Source of the DNA: Patellaria atrata CBS 101060
Taxonomy: Eukaryota
Direction of reading: 5' to 3'
Assembly (NCBI GenBank): GCA_010093705.1
Contig: MU006091.1
Coordinates: 1,674,001 to 1,738,000, forward strand
DNA: 64,000 nucleotides
Under the pieces are notes generated by a model. It was not told where the DNA came from. It saw nothing but the letters and a program-made list of their open reading frames with translations, and did no database searches. The position numbers and the translations under genes were made by a program. Below, piece by piece: positions 26,275-39,256 of the stretch (position 1 is the first letter of the stretch; each line of letters starts with the position of its first letter).

Positions 26275-28663
26275 TTATAAGTCCGGCAGCGCAATCATCG
26301 TCCTCTGCACCTCCTTCACCTTCGCCAAAAAGCTCATCTTCTCGTTCTCTGTCGCAAACTCCACCCTAGCGCCACAAATCACCCTTTTCCTATCCTCACT
26401 TGCCCTCCTCGCCGTGACACTACTCCTGCGTTGCATCTTCCCTTGTTCCGTCAATGGTATTGATAACCCCTTGATCTTAACCTCCTTGCCCCCTTCGTCC
26501 TTCACTCTAACCGGTGTGCTGCTCGAGTTGAGATAGAACGCTAGATACCCGTTCCTGAAGTGCGCAGAGAAGTGTATCATTGCTAACACCCCTGATGTGC
26601 CCTCGTCCTCCCATAGTCGCAAGTTTTCCAGAGCGCACATCTGCTCTTGGTATGCCAGGACGCCGGAGAAGCCATCATGAATGCGAAGCGTCTTTTCTGT
26701 TTTGTAGGAGCCGAGGAGTGATCGTCCAAAGATTTCAGCTTGGAAAAGGTTTGCGGACCGTTCATTACTGAAAACATAGTTGATCCAGTTCGTCTTTACA
26801 ACCTTTAGCGGTTTGGCATCGTAATGGCTGTCGTGAAACTTAATTTCAGTGGGAATGGCTATGGAGATCTTTTCAGGGGAAAAGTAGGAGGCATAAGGAA
26901 TAGCCTCTATGCCGTCGGCGACTAAGGGGGTTAGGGTCAGTATTACATAGTAATAGCGGACAGCTTGTGGGGTCTTACGCTTTTGCTGCATTCGAACCGT
27001 TCTGTCGTCCGAGAAGACCCATATGCTCGTTATTATGCGAACCGATTCATTGGATAGCACATCTCGCCTACGAACGATGCATATTCGACAAGCTCTGCAC
27101 GATTCCACCATCTCCATCTCATTCGGTCTATTCTCTTCATCCACCGGTTGTGTATATTCGACCAAGGTTCCCTGTCTACGTGAAGTTAGCCATGCTATCT
27201 GTATAAAAATTGGTCAATACAGGGACATACACATCACACAGTATAGCGGAATTCCGAAATGCAGCACGCTCAAAGGTATCCTGCTCAATGGGAGATATCG
27301 CCGTTTTCTCTGTATCAACCGTCTCTCGGTCCGGGATTACTACCTCGGGACCAAGCGACGGCACTACCTCAGGGTGTGAAGATGTTATGGCGCAATATTG
27401 TCGTTCAAGGTTCGGTAGTGTAGATTCGTAGGTTTTTATCCCTGGATCAGGCGGCTCTTTTAAAGCTGGAGGTGGTAAGGACATCAATGGATAAATACTG
27501 GAGACAACTTTGACGTCTCCCGCCTCAAGTTCCGGTGTATCGATTACAGTCGAGAGGGGTCCTTGACTCTTTCTTTGGGATTGTCTCCTCACAGGTGCAG
27601 AAGGGGTTGCTCGATGTATTAATGGGCTGTGATGGCCATCTGAGAAGGCGTCGGATTCCCGTCGCGACATTATTGAAGATACATCCGAGCCTACGAGCTC
27701 CGGGGTTCCTAGTAGCGTCAACTGAGAGTCATGCCGTCTATCTTGAGGGCTTAAAATAGAACGGTTGATGTCTAAGTGGGATATAACACTCTCTGGCCGG
27801 GTTTCTGGCTGCTGTGCTCCAAGTATGGGAGTGCCTGGGGCAGCAAGTTGGGTGACAATCCTATGCACCTCATCGATTTTCGCGCCAAGATCTCCCGTCA
27901 GTTGATTGTGGATCTCATCAAACTTCTCTGCCATAGGCGTTACGATCTGCGTCAGTCGAGAGAGTGATTTGCTATCGGTATGTTAGAGGGCATGAAAATA
28001 AAGAATAGGCTCAATTAGGACTAGCGCGTAAATGGTAAGTGGGAAAAATAACTTTGAGGCAAGAGATTAAAAAAACACCTTTGCCAATGTGATATCGCCC
28101 TAGCAAAAGCACGAAAGTATAGATGAGGAGGTATACGAATATGCCAGGATTGAAGCTGCTGTTGCTTTGAAAGTGTGGAAATTCGCATACCTCTGTATGG
28201 CCTGAGTTGTCAAAGTGAGAGTACACATGTGCATATGCAGCATATTCCGCAAGGCCTGTATGTTTCCTCCCTCTGTAGTCCACATCATGGTCTTATAGCT
28301 CAACACTACTAGCTCGCTCCACGATCTTTCAACCGCAAAACCACCACCTGTACGTGTTTTTTTTATAACCTGGTATTGCTCTACGAGGGACTCTAGATCG
28401 CGCAAGGTTTGATGACACGAGTGTAGAATGGTAGCTATTCCTGATTTTATTTCTGAATCTGCCCGAGATAAGAGACTGTCGTCGACATCTGCGAAGAGAG
28501 CTTCTGCGAGGAGCTTGAGGCCTTTGGCGAGACCATTGACTTCTGTTTCCACTTCGAGAAATTCAGACGGAGCTCCTTTCCTGCCGGCCGTAAACGCCCG
28601 TCCTATCTTCCAAGCCAGTTGAGACATCATCAAGATATCACCGATCGAAGGTATGCCCGCCAT
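26275..28663 (-). CDS. Hypothetical protein with N-terminal helical domain resembling the fungal STAND N-terminal (SesA/HeLo-like) family
   Basis: N-terminus MAGIPSIGDILMMSQLAWKIGRAFTAGRKGAPSEFLEVETEV...ILHSCHQTLRDLESLVEQY. Four exons, with introns near 28190-27972, 27230-27176 and 26979-26922. Confidence 0.8.
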
Positions 28664-30311
28664 GATGGTTAGAGAGGGGGGATGATAGCGAAATTCAATG
28701 AACAGCCCACGACGAGATAAGTAGCATGAGGACGAGAGGGCAAAAAGTACAAAAGGGAAGAGAATGAAATTTTTTTTTAAGAACTAGAAAGTTCAAGTAT
28801 CGTACGAAGGTCGAAGATATACTATGCAGGGTAAGGTTGTATAGCCTCAGTCTTGACCGAGGGAGAGACAAATACAGGGCTTTCAGCAGATCCACTGATC
28901 CAGGCAGACCTTTTGGGGCCTTAATCCAGCATGATGGTAAAAGCCAGCAACCCCTCATGGCCCTTATGGATTATGAGAGGGTGTGGGAATGTTCCCCTGT
29001 ACCTTTGTTGTACCTGTGGCTGATTATTACGATCAATTGATATCGTGGGGTCGAAATGTTGCACGTGGGGTAATCGATTTGTTCTCATCCTCCACAAGGG
29101 GGGAAACTAACAATATATGTCAGAATTTCACAAAACCCAAATAGCCAACTGGTAGTAGGTAGAGAAGGAACATGTCAAGATTGAGGCTGTGATTGTCTTT
29201 CTCACTTGGCGAACGGTTAAAGATCCACTTGAGACGATACAATTGCCATTGAAGAGGAGTTGATTCCAGTAGTAGGCGCTATTGTATCGAAACACCACAT
29301 ATGCACTCTGAAGCAGCCAAGTTAAGAGCTTGACTGTCCCACAGCATGCTCTTGCAATAAAAGAGGGAAAAAACGCATACGAATCCGAACAGGCGCGGCG
29401 TTGATTTCGCAGAAGGTCCCGAGCATCACCATCTACCGCGAGGATAAGTCAAAGCCCCGGTGACCCAAAGACGTAAGCCGAGAGCTATCATAATGTGTTC
29501 CGTCCCGTTCCGCCCGTATTTACAATTACACAATCTAGTTTACACTGCTATAGATGCGGAATGCTCTCTAGCCGGATCTCACAATGCAGAAGGACGTTGC
29601 ATCATCTAAGCAAGAGGAGAGAAGAGTCTACCCGTTGTCAGTAATAGACTTTGGAAATTCCCTGACGTTATTGACCTGATGAGAGACGGTCTAGGTTCGC
29701 TGCGAGTATAGCCTGTTGAAAAGGTCAGTCAACTTTGGAAAGTATCCAGCGAAAGGGGGAAACTGACCCAAATAGAGGATTAAAGGCAGATAGCCACTGG
29801 ACTTTAGTGTTATCGACAGCTCTTGTCTATGAGGAGGAATTCATTACACATACTAGTGAATCGCGATCCGCGAAACGTCGATGATTCTCGCAATGCGCTC
29901 CTAGTAAACTGTTAGATGAAATTCGGTAGGGAGTCAACACTGCGAACCTTGGTTTCTTCTGAGAATGCCATATCATGTATCTTGGCTTCCTGGGAAGCAG
30001 AAGATGAAATAGATATCGCTACTTCAAGGACAATAGAGTTTTCTCGTCGTGAGTAGCAATAGTTGATGCTCCGGACCCCTTTGGAATGATTGAGCTCCAA
30101 AATGTGGCGGTTGAACTTCGGCGAGGCAGGAACTCCATCATTTTTCTCCCGACGCGATTTAGAAAAGACGAGAGTCTTACGCTTCAACTTTTAGTAGAAT
30201 TGAGACTTCTACAGATTTGTAGTCTTTGACTATAGGGGGGTCGGAGTCGCATTCTATCTATTTGCATTTAATAACATCTAGAAAGAGCTGTGCTCAACTA
30301 GGATCGCCATC

Positions 30312-31314
30312 ATGGCCACCGCACGACACTACAATCAGGACAAAGACAGCACTGTCTACATCGGCAACCTTGACGAACGGGTCACAGATAGTTTAGTATG
30401 GGAGCTCATGCTACAAGCGGGTCGCATTGTGAACGTTCATTTACCGAAAGACAGAGTCTCCCAGACACATCAAGGCTACGGCTTTGTCGAATTCATCAGT
30501 GAAGAGGACGCCGATTATGCTGCGAAGATCATGAATCAGGTGCGGCTCTTTGGAAAACCTATAAGGGTCAATAAAGCGTCAGCAGATAAGCAGAAGACCA
30601 TTGAAGTGGGAGCTGAGTTGTTCATCGGGAATTTGGATCCTTTGGTGGACGAGAGAACGTTGTTTGATACTTTTAGTCGGTTTGGGAGCTTAGTATCAGC
30701 GCCAAAGGTATGTTTGCGGCTATCTCTACAAATTGCAAAGTTAACTTGGTCATTAGGTGGCTCGCGATGATGCCAACCTTTCCAAAGGCTATGGCTTCGT
30801 GTCCTTCTCTACGTTTGAGGCCTCAGATGAAGCTATCGAGCACATGAACGGTCAATATCTGATGAATAAGGCGATCACTGTGCAATACGCGTACAAGAAG
30901 GATGGAAAGAATGAACGACATGGAGATCAAGCAGAGCGCATGTTGGCCGCACAAGCTAGGAAACATAATGTCGCACCTGCAGTACAACCTATTACCCCAC
31001 AAATCTTCAATGCCCCGAATGCACCCGCTGCTACCTATAACAGCGTTCCACCTCCCGTCCAAGTGCAACAGCGACCTCCCCCTAACCCTCTCCCTCCACC
31101 ACCATCAGGTCTCCCTGCTAGACCTCCACCGTCGCAAGCGGGATACGGAGGGCCTGCTACATTCCTCCCTCAAGGCTTCAATGCTCCACCTCCCGGTGGG
31201 CTCCCCCAACCCCCTCCTGGGTTTGCACCGCCACCGCCAGGCTTCTTTCCTCCACAAGGAGCTCCTCCTGGTCCTCCACCAGGATTTCAGCAACCTCCTG
31301 GATTTAGAAGGTGA
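30312..31314 (+). CDS. HSH49: Splicing factor 3b subunit 4 (SAP49/Hsh49)
   Basis: Two RRMs ([42 protein letters not shown]) and a Pro-rich tail. Intron 30708-30756. Confidence 0.97.
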
Positions 31315-33875
31315 TCAGATGATGGACCTTGGATTTAACTTACTGAAGGATTGGGCGTTGACTAGGTTAGGAAACTTGTGTAAATATAACTCTTCGTGAA
31401 CCGGATCTAAGGGCCCAGTCTAACATGTAATATATAATTTAGTGATTCGACCATCGTCATGACTCAGTACGAGATGGGCTGCCCCAGATATATGGCAGAC
31501 ATTGCCGCAGCTACGTCCTGTTCGGATATCAGATATTTCTCTGAACGAGCTAAGGGGTAGTGCTGATTTCATCCCGTCGTGATGGATACTTCTCAATCAC
31601 CAGCGCACTGTTGGTCTTAGGGTATCAACAGTTGTGTCAGATCGTAAACCGCTTGTGAGTGTTGATACAGCTACGACTCTTGCGGAAGATCTAGTGGGAC
31701 CTCCACGGTAGTCGAAGCTACTTCCTCAGAGTATAGAAAAAGCGTCCATCTCGAGTAGCGTTGTGTATCCTACCTTCAGCCGCAATACCCAAGCAGTACC
31801 TGAGTCGTTTGCGACAATCAGATTCGTTCGCTGGCTACCCGCATCATAGTTCAAGTTTACTACACAAAGAGCCACACCTTAAAGTCACTTTTCGACTAAT
31901 TTTTTGATTCTGCCAGCACCTGATGCCCCGAGAAAGCTCTGACTCAGTTACTAGTATCATTACTTTGAGATGCGTCTACTACCTGCGTTTGCTTATCTCC
32001 CCACATTTGTCACCAAGTCCTAAATCTGATCATACGCTCCATGATGAAATGAGACTGTAAGATAGTATATCATATCTACATATATATAAGAGCTCTCTGA
32101 TTCCATAAACTGGAAAGCCTTCTCCAAAACATCTCAGGACCTCCTACACCGGAAATACAACCACCAAATCAAAAAGTGACGTCTGATTACCCCATCGGCT
32201 TAAGGTTGATCTAGGGTACTACAACAAAAAAAAATGGATAATGCAACCACGCTATTCTCCAACCGGGTACTATCACTCTCCTCATCAATACCACAACCAC
32301 ACCTATTCCCACCACCACCATCCTCATGACAATCCCTTTATCCTCCCTCCTCCCAATTCCCCTTACATCCCTCACTCATACGTCTCCGCTGCATATTCCA
32401 TCCACCCCCACTCTTCCACACACTCCCACCGCTCATACCCCTCTTCATCTTCACCACCACGTTCACACGAGTCCTATCCGACCCTGACACTATCGGTTCC
32501 CTCTACAATGGCATACCCAGATACTCTTACGTCCCCCTCAACCCTCTAAATATTCCCTCTCAGCCACTCCAACATCACAATCCGGCATCGCCATTTCGAT
32601 AAGGAGATAAACCACTTCGTGGCAACTGTTCCTAACTGCATCAAAGTATTTGAGATAGGGACAAGAGTGACTGGAAGTAACAAAGCATCGGTTGGAATCT
32701 GGAACGGCCAGAGGGGGATCAAGTGACTTGGGGACAGACAGAGGGATATGAGGGTTGAGGAGGTCGTGGGGGGTAGACGGTGGGATTCCGATGAAAACAG
32801 TGCGATTGTAGTTGACGAAAATATGGGGGTCTCCAAACGCTGAGGAGCTATGAGGGTATTAGTGGAGATGAATGACTAGGGACTTTCGTTGAGTGAGCCA
32901 GTAATTGTGACGCCTTTGTGAAGTGTTAGCGTTGGGTCTTCTTCAGTTCGATTAAGGGTTTGGGGCATTTTCTCGTCTCTTTCCTCGAGTATGCAGTGTA
33001 CCGTCATTCATTCATTGTAGCATAACGCTGTATAAGACAACCCAATCTTATTATCAGTACTCGGATCTGCACCTTCTACACAGGTTTACCGCAGTTGAGA
33101 TACAGACTATATCAGGTACCAGTTAGACTGAAGACCAGCAGGCCAACTAAGACGCCTAACTCCTTGCACAAACACTAGTTATATCCTCTAAGTTTCACTT
33201 CTAGTATGGCCTCTTACACCTGATTGGAGTCGGTCGTCTATCTATCGACCAATGCTTTAAGCAACAAGTCGTTCAACGGATATTCACTTCGGCTGGAATA
33301 TAATATTTACTATTCAGTACGCTAACAGGATAATATGTATTAGGCATAAGTTAAGAATCCCACGGGATAATAGTTAAACCTAAGATAATGTCTAGTATAG
33401 CGATGATCATCCCTAGATCTTAGGGATAAGCAAAGAGAGAATACTATAAAGAGGATAAGAACGCTTCAAGGTCCGTCACCAATTCCGGTATTGATTATAT
33501 ACTAGAGTTAGAAACATCCTATGGGTTGAGCTTAAGGTAAGCTGATACGTATAGTAATGGGTATCTATACAGCCTGGGGGAACAGTACGTTCTAGAGAAT
33601 CTCTTATAAAACGTATAGAAAGGGTCTGGATGGGTAACATACAGTAGGCGAGGATCGGGCGGTATAGGAGGGGATGGTGAGGAGAAAGGGGTTGGAGATG
33701 GGAATAGGAAAGGAAAGGGGGAAGGAAAATGGGAAGTGTACGTAGTAGAAAGTCGGATAGTTCTTAAAAGGGGTCATGATGTATGGATTTACGTGCTAAT
33801 ACGAAGCACCAACTGCTCGATCAGAACTAGAGGAAATAACAGGTACCGGTAGCATACTACCTATTACCCTATCCA

Positions 33876-34895
33876 CTACTCCAAAGGATAATCTATCTCC
33901 CCAACCCTCGTTCCATCAGGCCAGAAGTCATCCAAATTGATATACTTCTCCATTACCAACGCTTTGAGGATACCATGACCATACTTCACAACCGCCGCTG
34001 TCTCCTCCTCATTTCCCCAAGGGACAACAGTAGGCCAAAAGACGAGATGCGCCCCGTAGTGTACACACACCCTCCTCATCCACTCTTGCTTCACCCACTT
34101 ATCCGCGTCCGACATAGCGTCCACATAACCCCTCATAAACGCCTTTCGTAGTCCTCGTTTGCCCCTAAACTTGTCTAATAAGTACGCCTCCGCACAGAAC
34201 TGCCCTACGTCCAGCGCGCTGCATCCACGACGCATGATCTCCCAGTCAACGACCGTGAGCGCTTTCGTTTCGGAATGTACGATTATATTTCCGGGCCAGA
34301 AATCGCCGTGGAGGACACACTCGTTATCCTTGAATAGGAGAGCGCCAAACTGCTCATCCACCTTACGGCCTAGCTCGGGGTCGTAGCCACACTTCTCTAG
34401 CGTTGCGGGGAGGTTCTCGTACACGTAACGGTTGATCGATTTGGCTGTTTTGTTGTCGCCGATATCGAGGTCCTCGGTGACGAAATGGAGATGGGCGAGC
34501 CAGGTGCCGATGCGGATACCATAGGCCTGAATGTCCAGCTGCGGATCCGTGTACGCTTCTTTCAGGGTACGATCCCCGGCGTCAGAGATGTGGAGCATCT
34601 TCTTGACCGTATCGTAGCCTATGACTCGTGGGAGGGAGATCAGATCGTCCACCGGCAGGAGGGGTGGGATCTTCGTGAGTGCGGCCATCTCAAAGTCCAT
34701 CCTATCGACGAGAAGGGGAATGTGCGACATCGCTTTGATGAACGCCTCAGCGTGCTTGATGACGCTGGAATGTTCTCCGTTCTTGATACGGAAGGTGAAA
34801 TTGGCGGTTCCACCGGACAGAATAGATACGCCGGTGAACGGAATGTCATTGGCCTTGAGATAGGCCGCAATGCCAGGAACGGTGGTAAGACTCAT
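33876..34895 (-). CDS. APH/choline-kinase-like phosphotransferase (methylthioribose kinase / PsiK-like fungal subfamily)
   Basis: LSGGTANFTFR, VIKHAE, RMDFE, Brenner motif HGDFWPGN, VVDWE, DVGQFCAE. Single exon; the start is taken at MSLTT. Confidence 0.85.
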   Translation of the reverse strand: MSLTTVPGIAAYLKANDIPFTGVSILSGGTANFTFRIKNGEHSSVIKHAEAFIKAMSHIPLLVDRMDFEMAALTKIPPLLPVDDLISLPRVIGYDTVKKMLHISDAGDRTLKEAYTDPQLDIQAYGIRIGTWLAHLHFVTEDLDIGDNKTAKSINRYVYENLPATLEKCGYDPELGRKVDEQFGALLFKDNECVLHGDFWPGNIIVHSETKALTVVDWEIMRRGCSALDVGQFCAEAYLLDKFRGKRGLRKAFMRGYVDAMSDADKWVKQEWMRRVCVHYGAHLVFWPTVVPWGNEEETAAVVKYGHGILKALVMEKYINLDDFWPDGTRVGEIDYPLE

Positions 34896-36105
34896 GTTGT
34901 ATGCGTATAGATGATTGAGTTGTAGATGAATCGAATAGAAGATGATCGAGTAGAGGACGTTAGAGTCGAATATGCTCCAATAGAACTTGATTAGGTTGAA
35001 GGTGGATGAGGTAGAAGAAGCGTGAGTTGAAGAAGCGTCAGTTAGAAAAGTGTGACTTGTAGAAGTGTTACTGGAAGAAGGGTGGAAAGATACGGTAAGT
35101 AAAGAACGAAGCTTTGAGGTGACGTCGTCTGGGTTACTGACAATAGGGTTTCTGAAGTTAAGAAATAAAGTCAAGGTCTTATGGCAGATATATCAGAGTG
35201 GTTGCAGTGCCGAGCGAACGGTGACTATAAACAGATCGTTCAGTGAAGACCAAATGAAGTTAGAACCAGTCAAGTAGTCAGATAGACCAATTACAGGAAA
35301 ACGAATTCAAACGCCCAAATCATAAAATCCGATTATGATTAAGACATTGATGTTTGATTAGTTTTTCAGAGAGTCATACATCTATTAAAAGGCATGACCA
35401 CATATCAGAGCGAACGTGATAGTCCTATCTCCTGCTAGGTCACACCTGGTACTGTACTCCTCGATTGATAGCAAGGGAAAGGATAATGCGAAGTCAATAA
35501 TTATGAGAAGATGAGCACAACAATGATAGGATTTCATCACCACAAAACCTTTTAGGTTATCGTTCTGAAAACAAAGATTCCGCACCAAAGTGCTACTACA
35601 GTATAATAACTCGATTGAAGAGAAACACTTGGGACTTTCCTGCGACTATCATTTGATATTTACACGGAGCTACCTGATAGTACTCGAGTACTTGTCCCTT
35701 CTGGTCCATACCAAAAATGATCCTACCCGTATCTCTGTTTTGTAGCCAAATAGCGATCCACTATTCGGAGGAGAATCCAGACAAGGTATTCAAACTTCGA
35801 AATACACATCCAATAGGTGTGACGGGTTTGGTAACTTAATCCTCGAAGACTTGAACCATCGGTTCGAGGTTACCTCAGATTGCGCTGCGTGCAACGATCT
35901 TGGCCATATCCTTCAACCTAGGGCCTGAATGGAGACGGGTTGCTACGTTACGCCAACGAGGAGTACTGCAATTTCAGCTGTGACTTTTGCGAGGCCGAGT
36001 ACATTGCCCCTAAAGTCTTACCTAATTGAACTCGTGCTTTTCAGCGTCGAGAGTGTATGATTTTCTAACTGAGCTTTGAATGCATTATCAGTAGTGGACT
36101 ATGAA

Positions 36106-37343
36106 TTACTTCTCACCGCTGGTTCCAGTTATTGCGGTGGCTTTGACAGCAATACCACCTGCAGGAGTTTGAGCCCAGAGCTCATATTTCTCCGGTGAAA
36201 GCTCCTTGCCGCAAAGTGTGAGGGGTTCATCTACGTAGAGCGGTGCAAGATTCCGGTATTGGATCTGTAGGATGTGCTGTTCCTTTCTGTTTCCAGGGTT
36301 TACGACGCATTTAAGATGGTTTTCGAGTAGTAGGCTCAGGAGCGTGAATGTCAGGGGGCCATGGACCAGTAGGTTGCGGTGACCTTCGATTTTGCGGCAG
36401 TATTCTGGGTCAAGGTGGATTGAGTGCGCGTTGAAGGTTAAAGCACTATATCTGAAGAGTAGTGAAGGAGTTGGTGTAATTGTATAGAAGAAGTCGGGTT
36501 TGTGTGGTGCTATTTGCAATACGTATTAGTGAGGTGCCAGACCCGTGGCATCTTTATAGATTCATAACGGAAAGTGTCTAACGTACGCTTCAATATTTTG
36601 TCATTGATCTGGACTGCCAATGCTGCTGCAGTTTCTGGACTCCTTTCTGTCATAAATACAATGTTCCTTCGTTCGATGATTCTTGCTCCATTAAAGGAGT
36701 CTTCATGGGCAGCCCAGAGTAAGTTGCGCTGGTCCCCGTCCGTAATACTGAAATCTAACTTGACTGGGGCTATTCGCCGCTCGATACCTACAAAGATCTT
36801 CTCATCTCCTATAAGTCCTTTGATCTGTATATCCCGAATACTCTCCATACAAACCCACCGTCGGGCCTGGACCATTGGATGGAGGTCGAATCTGAACGTA
36901 GGATTTATCTTATAATACCCGCCTGCCCACATTCTTCTCACAAACGGAGGCCCAGGCGATTGTAAAGGATCAGTGCCATCAGGTAACAACCTGTCTGCTG
37001 ATATAGCGGGATTGAAGTAAACGAGATGGGAACCAGTCGGTAGAGGAAAGGATGCATTCCGCGGGGGAAGCTCTTTCCATTGAGGAAACCATGCTTCGGG
37101 AACGAATGATTTCAATGTTCTTGAGAGACGATATACGTTATCGGGGATTAGGTTATCGTAAATAAGTGGTAAGGTTCGACGGGGCATAGACTTGATCAAG
37201 TGGTCCAAAGTTGAGGCATCGCGTCGAGGTAGGGGGTAAGTGTAGCTAGTTGGTATAGCGAATCGCTTTCGGTATAGGTATCGCGAGGAACTACAAATTA
37301 AGAAACCATCTAGACAAACTATATTTGGTGGTTTGACACTCAT
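36106..37343 (-). CDS. HTD2: Hydroxyacyl-thioester dehydratase type 2 / mesaconyl-C4-CoA hydratase-like hot-dog fold protein
   Basis: HLVYFNP, DGTDPLQSPGPPFVRRMWAGG, LFRYSALTFNAHSIHLD, LVHGPL, YRNLAPLY. One intron at ~36587-36510. The start codon is uncertain. Confidence 0.85.
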
Positions 37344-37472
37344 GATATCAATTGTTCCTCTACAAGAGAGAAAGGAAGCCGTTAAGGTAGGTATAGTTCT
37401 AAGAAGGTCTGTGCTCTCCAAGCTTTTTCATCTAACCTCGACACGTTTCCCAACTGAACGCCAGGTATACAA

Positions 37473-37555
37473 ATATCCCTATATGCAGATATCTCTCTAT
37501 GCGGGTATCCCTCTATGCAGGTCTCCCATTTCTCTATGCAGATATTCCTCCATGC
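37473..37555. repeat. Degenerate ~16-nt minisatellite (RTATCYCTCTATGCAG, about 5 copies)
   Basis: Units atatccctatatgcag / atatctctctatgcgg / gtatccctctatgcag / ...tttctctatgcag / atattcctccatgc. Confidence 0.8.
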
Positions 37556-37574
37556 TACAAATGTATAGCCATTC

Positions 37575-38609
37575 CTAGCTCTCTTTATGCCAGCATCCCA
37601 ACCACTTCACGTGTTCTACCACATCACCCAAATCAGCCAAAGCTCTGTTCACTGACCCTCCTTGAACTGCTCTCAGTCCAACGAATTCAATAACGAAGGT
37701 ATAGTTCCACGGAGCAGTCCCACTTGGCCTTGTTTGGATGCTCGTGAGATTGATATCATGATCCCTGAAGACAGCAAGGGCTTCAACCAGCGATCCTGGC
37801 CTATCTCGTACGGTGAGTGCAACTAGAGATTTGTAGTCGTCCTTTGTTCCATGGGATTGTTCAGGCCGCGCGAAAGGAGAGGGTTGAGCATTCTGCTTCT
37901 TGATAAGGAAAAAGCGGGTCTTATTGTCATTCTTTTCTTGAATGCCTTCCGCGAGTATCTCAAGGCCATGTACATGTGCGGCCGAAAGAGACGAAATTGC
38001 TGCACTGGTACCGGTTGAATCACTGGCAGTCAATTCTGCCGCCCGTGAAGTTGATGTCGTATCCACGCGCTCGACGCCTGTGAGGAAGGTATCCAGAAAC
38101 AACGTGCATTGGCCCCACGCCTGGGGATGGGAGTATAGCCTTTTGATATGCTTGATGGATACGCGAGGTGTGCCTTTCGGACCAGCTGCGTTGGGATCGT
38201 TGACCGTTTGAGGACTTCTCCCTGACGTCCACTCCGATTCAGTTCTTGTAGCAGAACGTCCGAGTAGACAATGGCGAACATCAAAGTAGACCTCCCCACA
38301 GACAACGATATCAGGGTATCTTCCTTGGATGTCGGCGAGAAGATCTAGAGTTGCCATGACTGCTCCGTTGGTCGAGTTCTCCACGGGCACGACCCCACGT
38401 ATAGCAATATCGTTCTGTACTGCATCAAAAACACTTTTGATCTCTACTTGCGGTTCGAATTGGAACCCTTCCTCTTCATAGGCGTTTAATGCTGCCTAAG
38501 TCATTATCAATTCAACGAAAATTGTAGAGTATCAATGTTATAGCAACGGTACCTGGTGCGTGTAAGTCCCAACAGGCCCCAGATACGCTACTTTATTGGG
38601 AATATTCAT
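37575..38609 (-). CDS. PHA2: Prephenate dehydratase
   Basis: VAYLGPVGTYTHQ/AA, GVVPVENSTNG, LYSHPQAWGQC, NKTRF and an ACT domain (INLTSIQTRPS...WNYTFVIE). Intron ~38551-38496. Confidence 0.95.
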
Positions 38610-39256
38610 GTTGTCGAGGTGGTTAGAGAGCTTCATAGATTTGATTAGATTAAAATGATATATACCATCGGTGAAATGGTACAGTACGTGAAGCTTACGT
38701 AAGCACACTGATTATGAGCCAAGGTATAACGAGAGATATTTCCAGTGTCTACAGTTTAATAGAGTGGTAGTGGAAGGGAGCTGTAGAGGTTGCAGTGCTT
38801 GCACCATGGAAACTTGAAAGTAAGTTGACACTCAAGTATCAATTTGTCAAACTCGCGATTTACGTAAGCAAACTCGACGTGTGTGATTTGGGAATCTGAG
38901 GGCAAACACTCTACTTTATTCTTCATTCGCGTCGGGGGTGACGTACAGGTGAATGTCAACACGGTTACTCCCATCATTTTCTCGCAACATGGCAACTTTT
39001 TATCTTATCACGGAACTTAAGAAAAACAACATCAATGTAGAATCTATCTCCGTCAGAGCCACCCCTTCAACATACCTACCGTGATGTTCTACACAAACAG
39101 CAAGTCAAATATGCTTTTCAGTCGGTTCCTAGTACTAATCCAACAAGCCTAGACGTCTCCTACGTCAAAACTGTAAGTCGAATTCTAACTAGGCTTATAA
39201 TGCCTTGACTTTCGAAGCACGTCTAGTTTCAGAATCTAACCTTAAAAGGTTCCAAC

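Noticed and set aside
32041..32100. ATGATGA...CTGA pair resembling a C/D snoRNA
   Set aside because: No terminal stem or recognisable rRNA guide; the interior is AT-rich with a TATA-like element.
32241..32850. His/Pro/Ser-rich 102-aa ORF and following short frames
   Set aside because: Low-complexity C-rich sequence with several short overlapping frames and no recognisable motif. It could be a decayed gene but cannot be supported.
34896..35174. N-terminal 93-aa extension of the kinase ORF
   Set aside because: Starts at TTG and is S/T/F-rich UTR-like sequence; the first ATG is at 34895.
33876..38609. Kinase + dehydratase + prephenate dehydratase as a biosynthetic cluster
   Set aside because: HTD2 and PHA2 are housekeeping genes, and there is no backbone enzyme, transporter or regulator.
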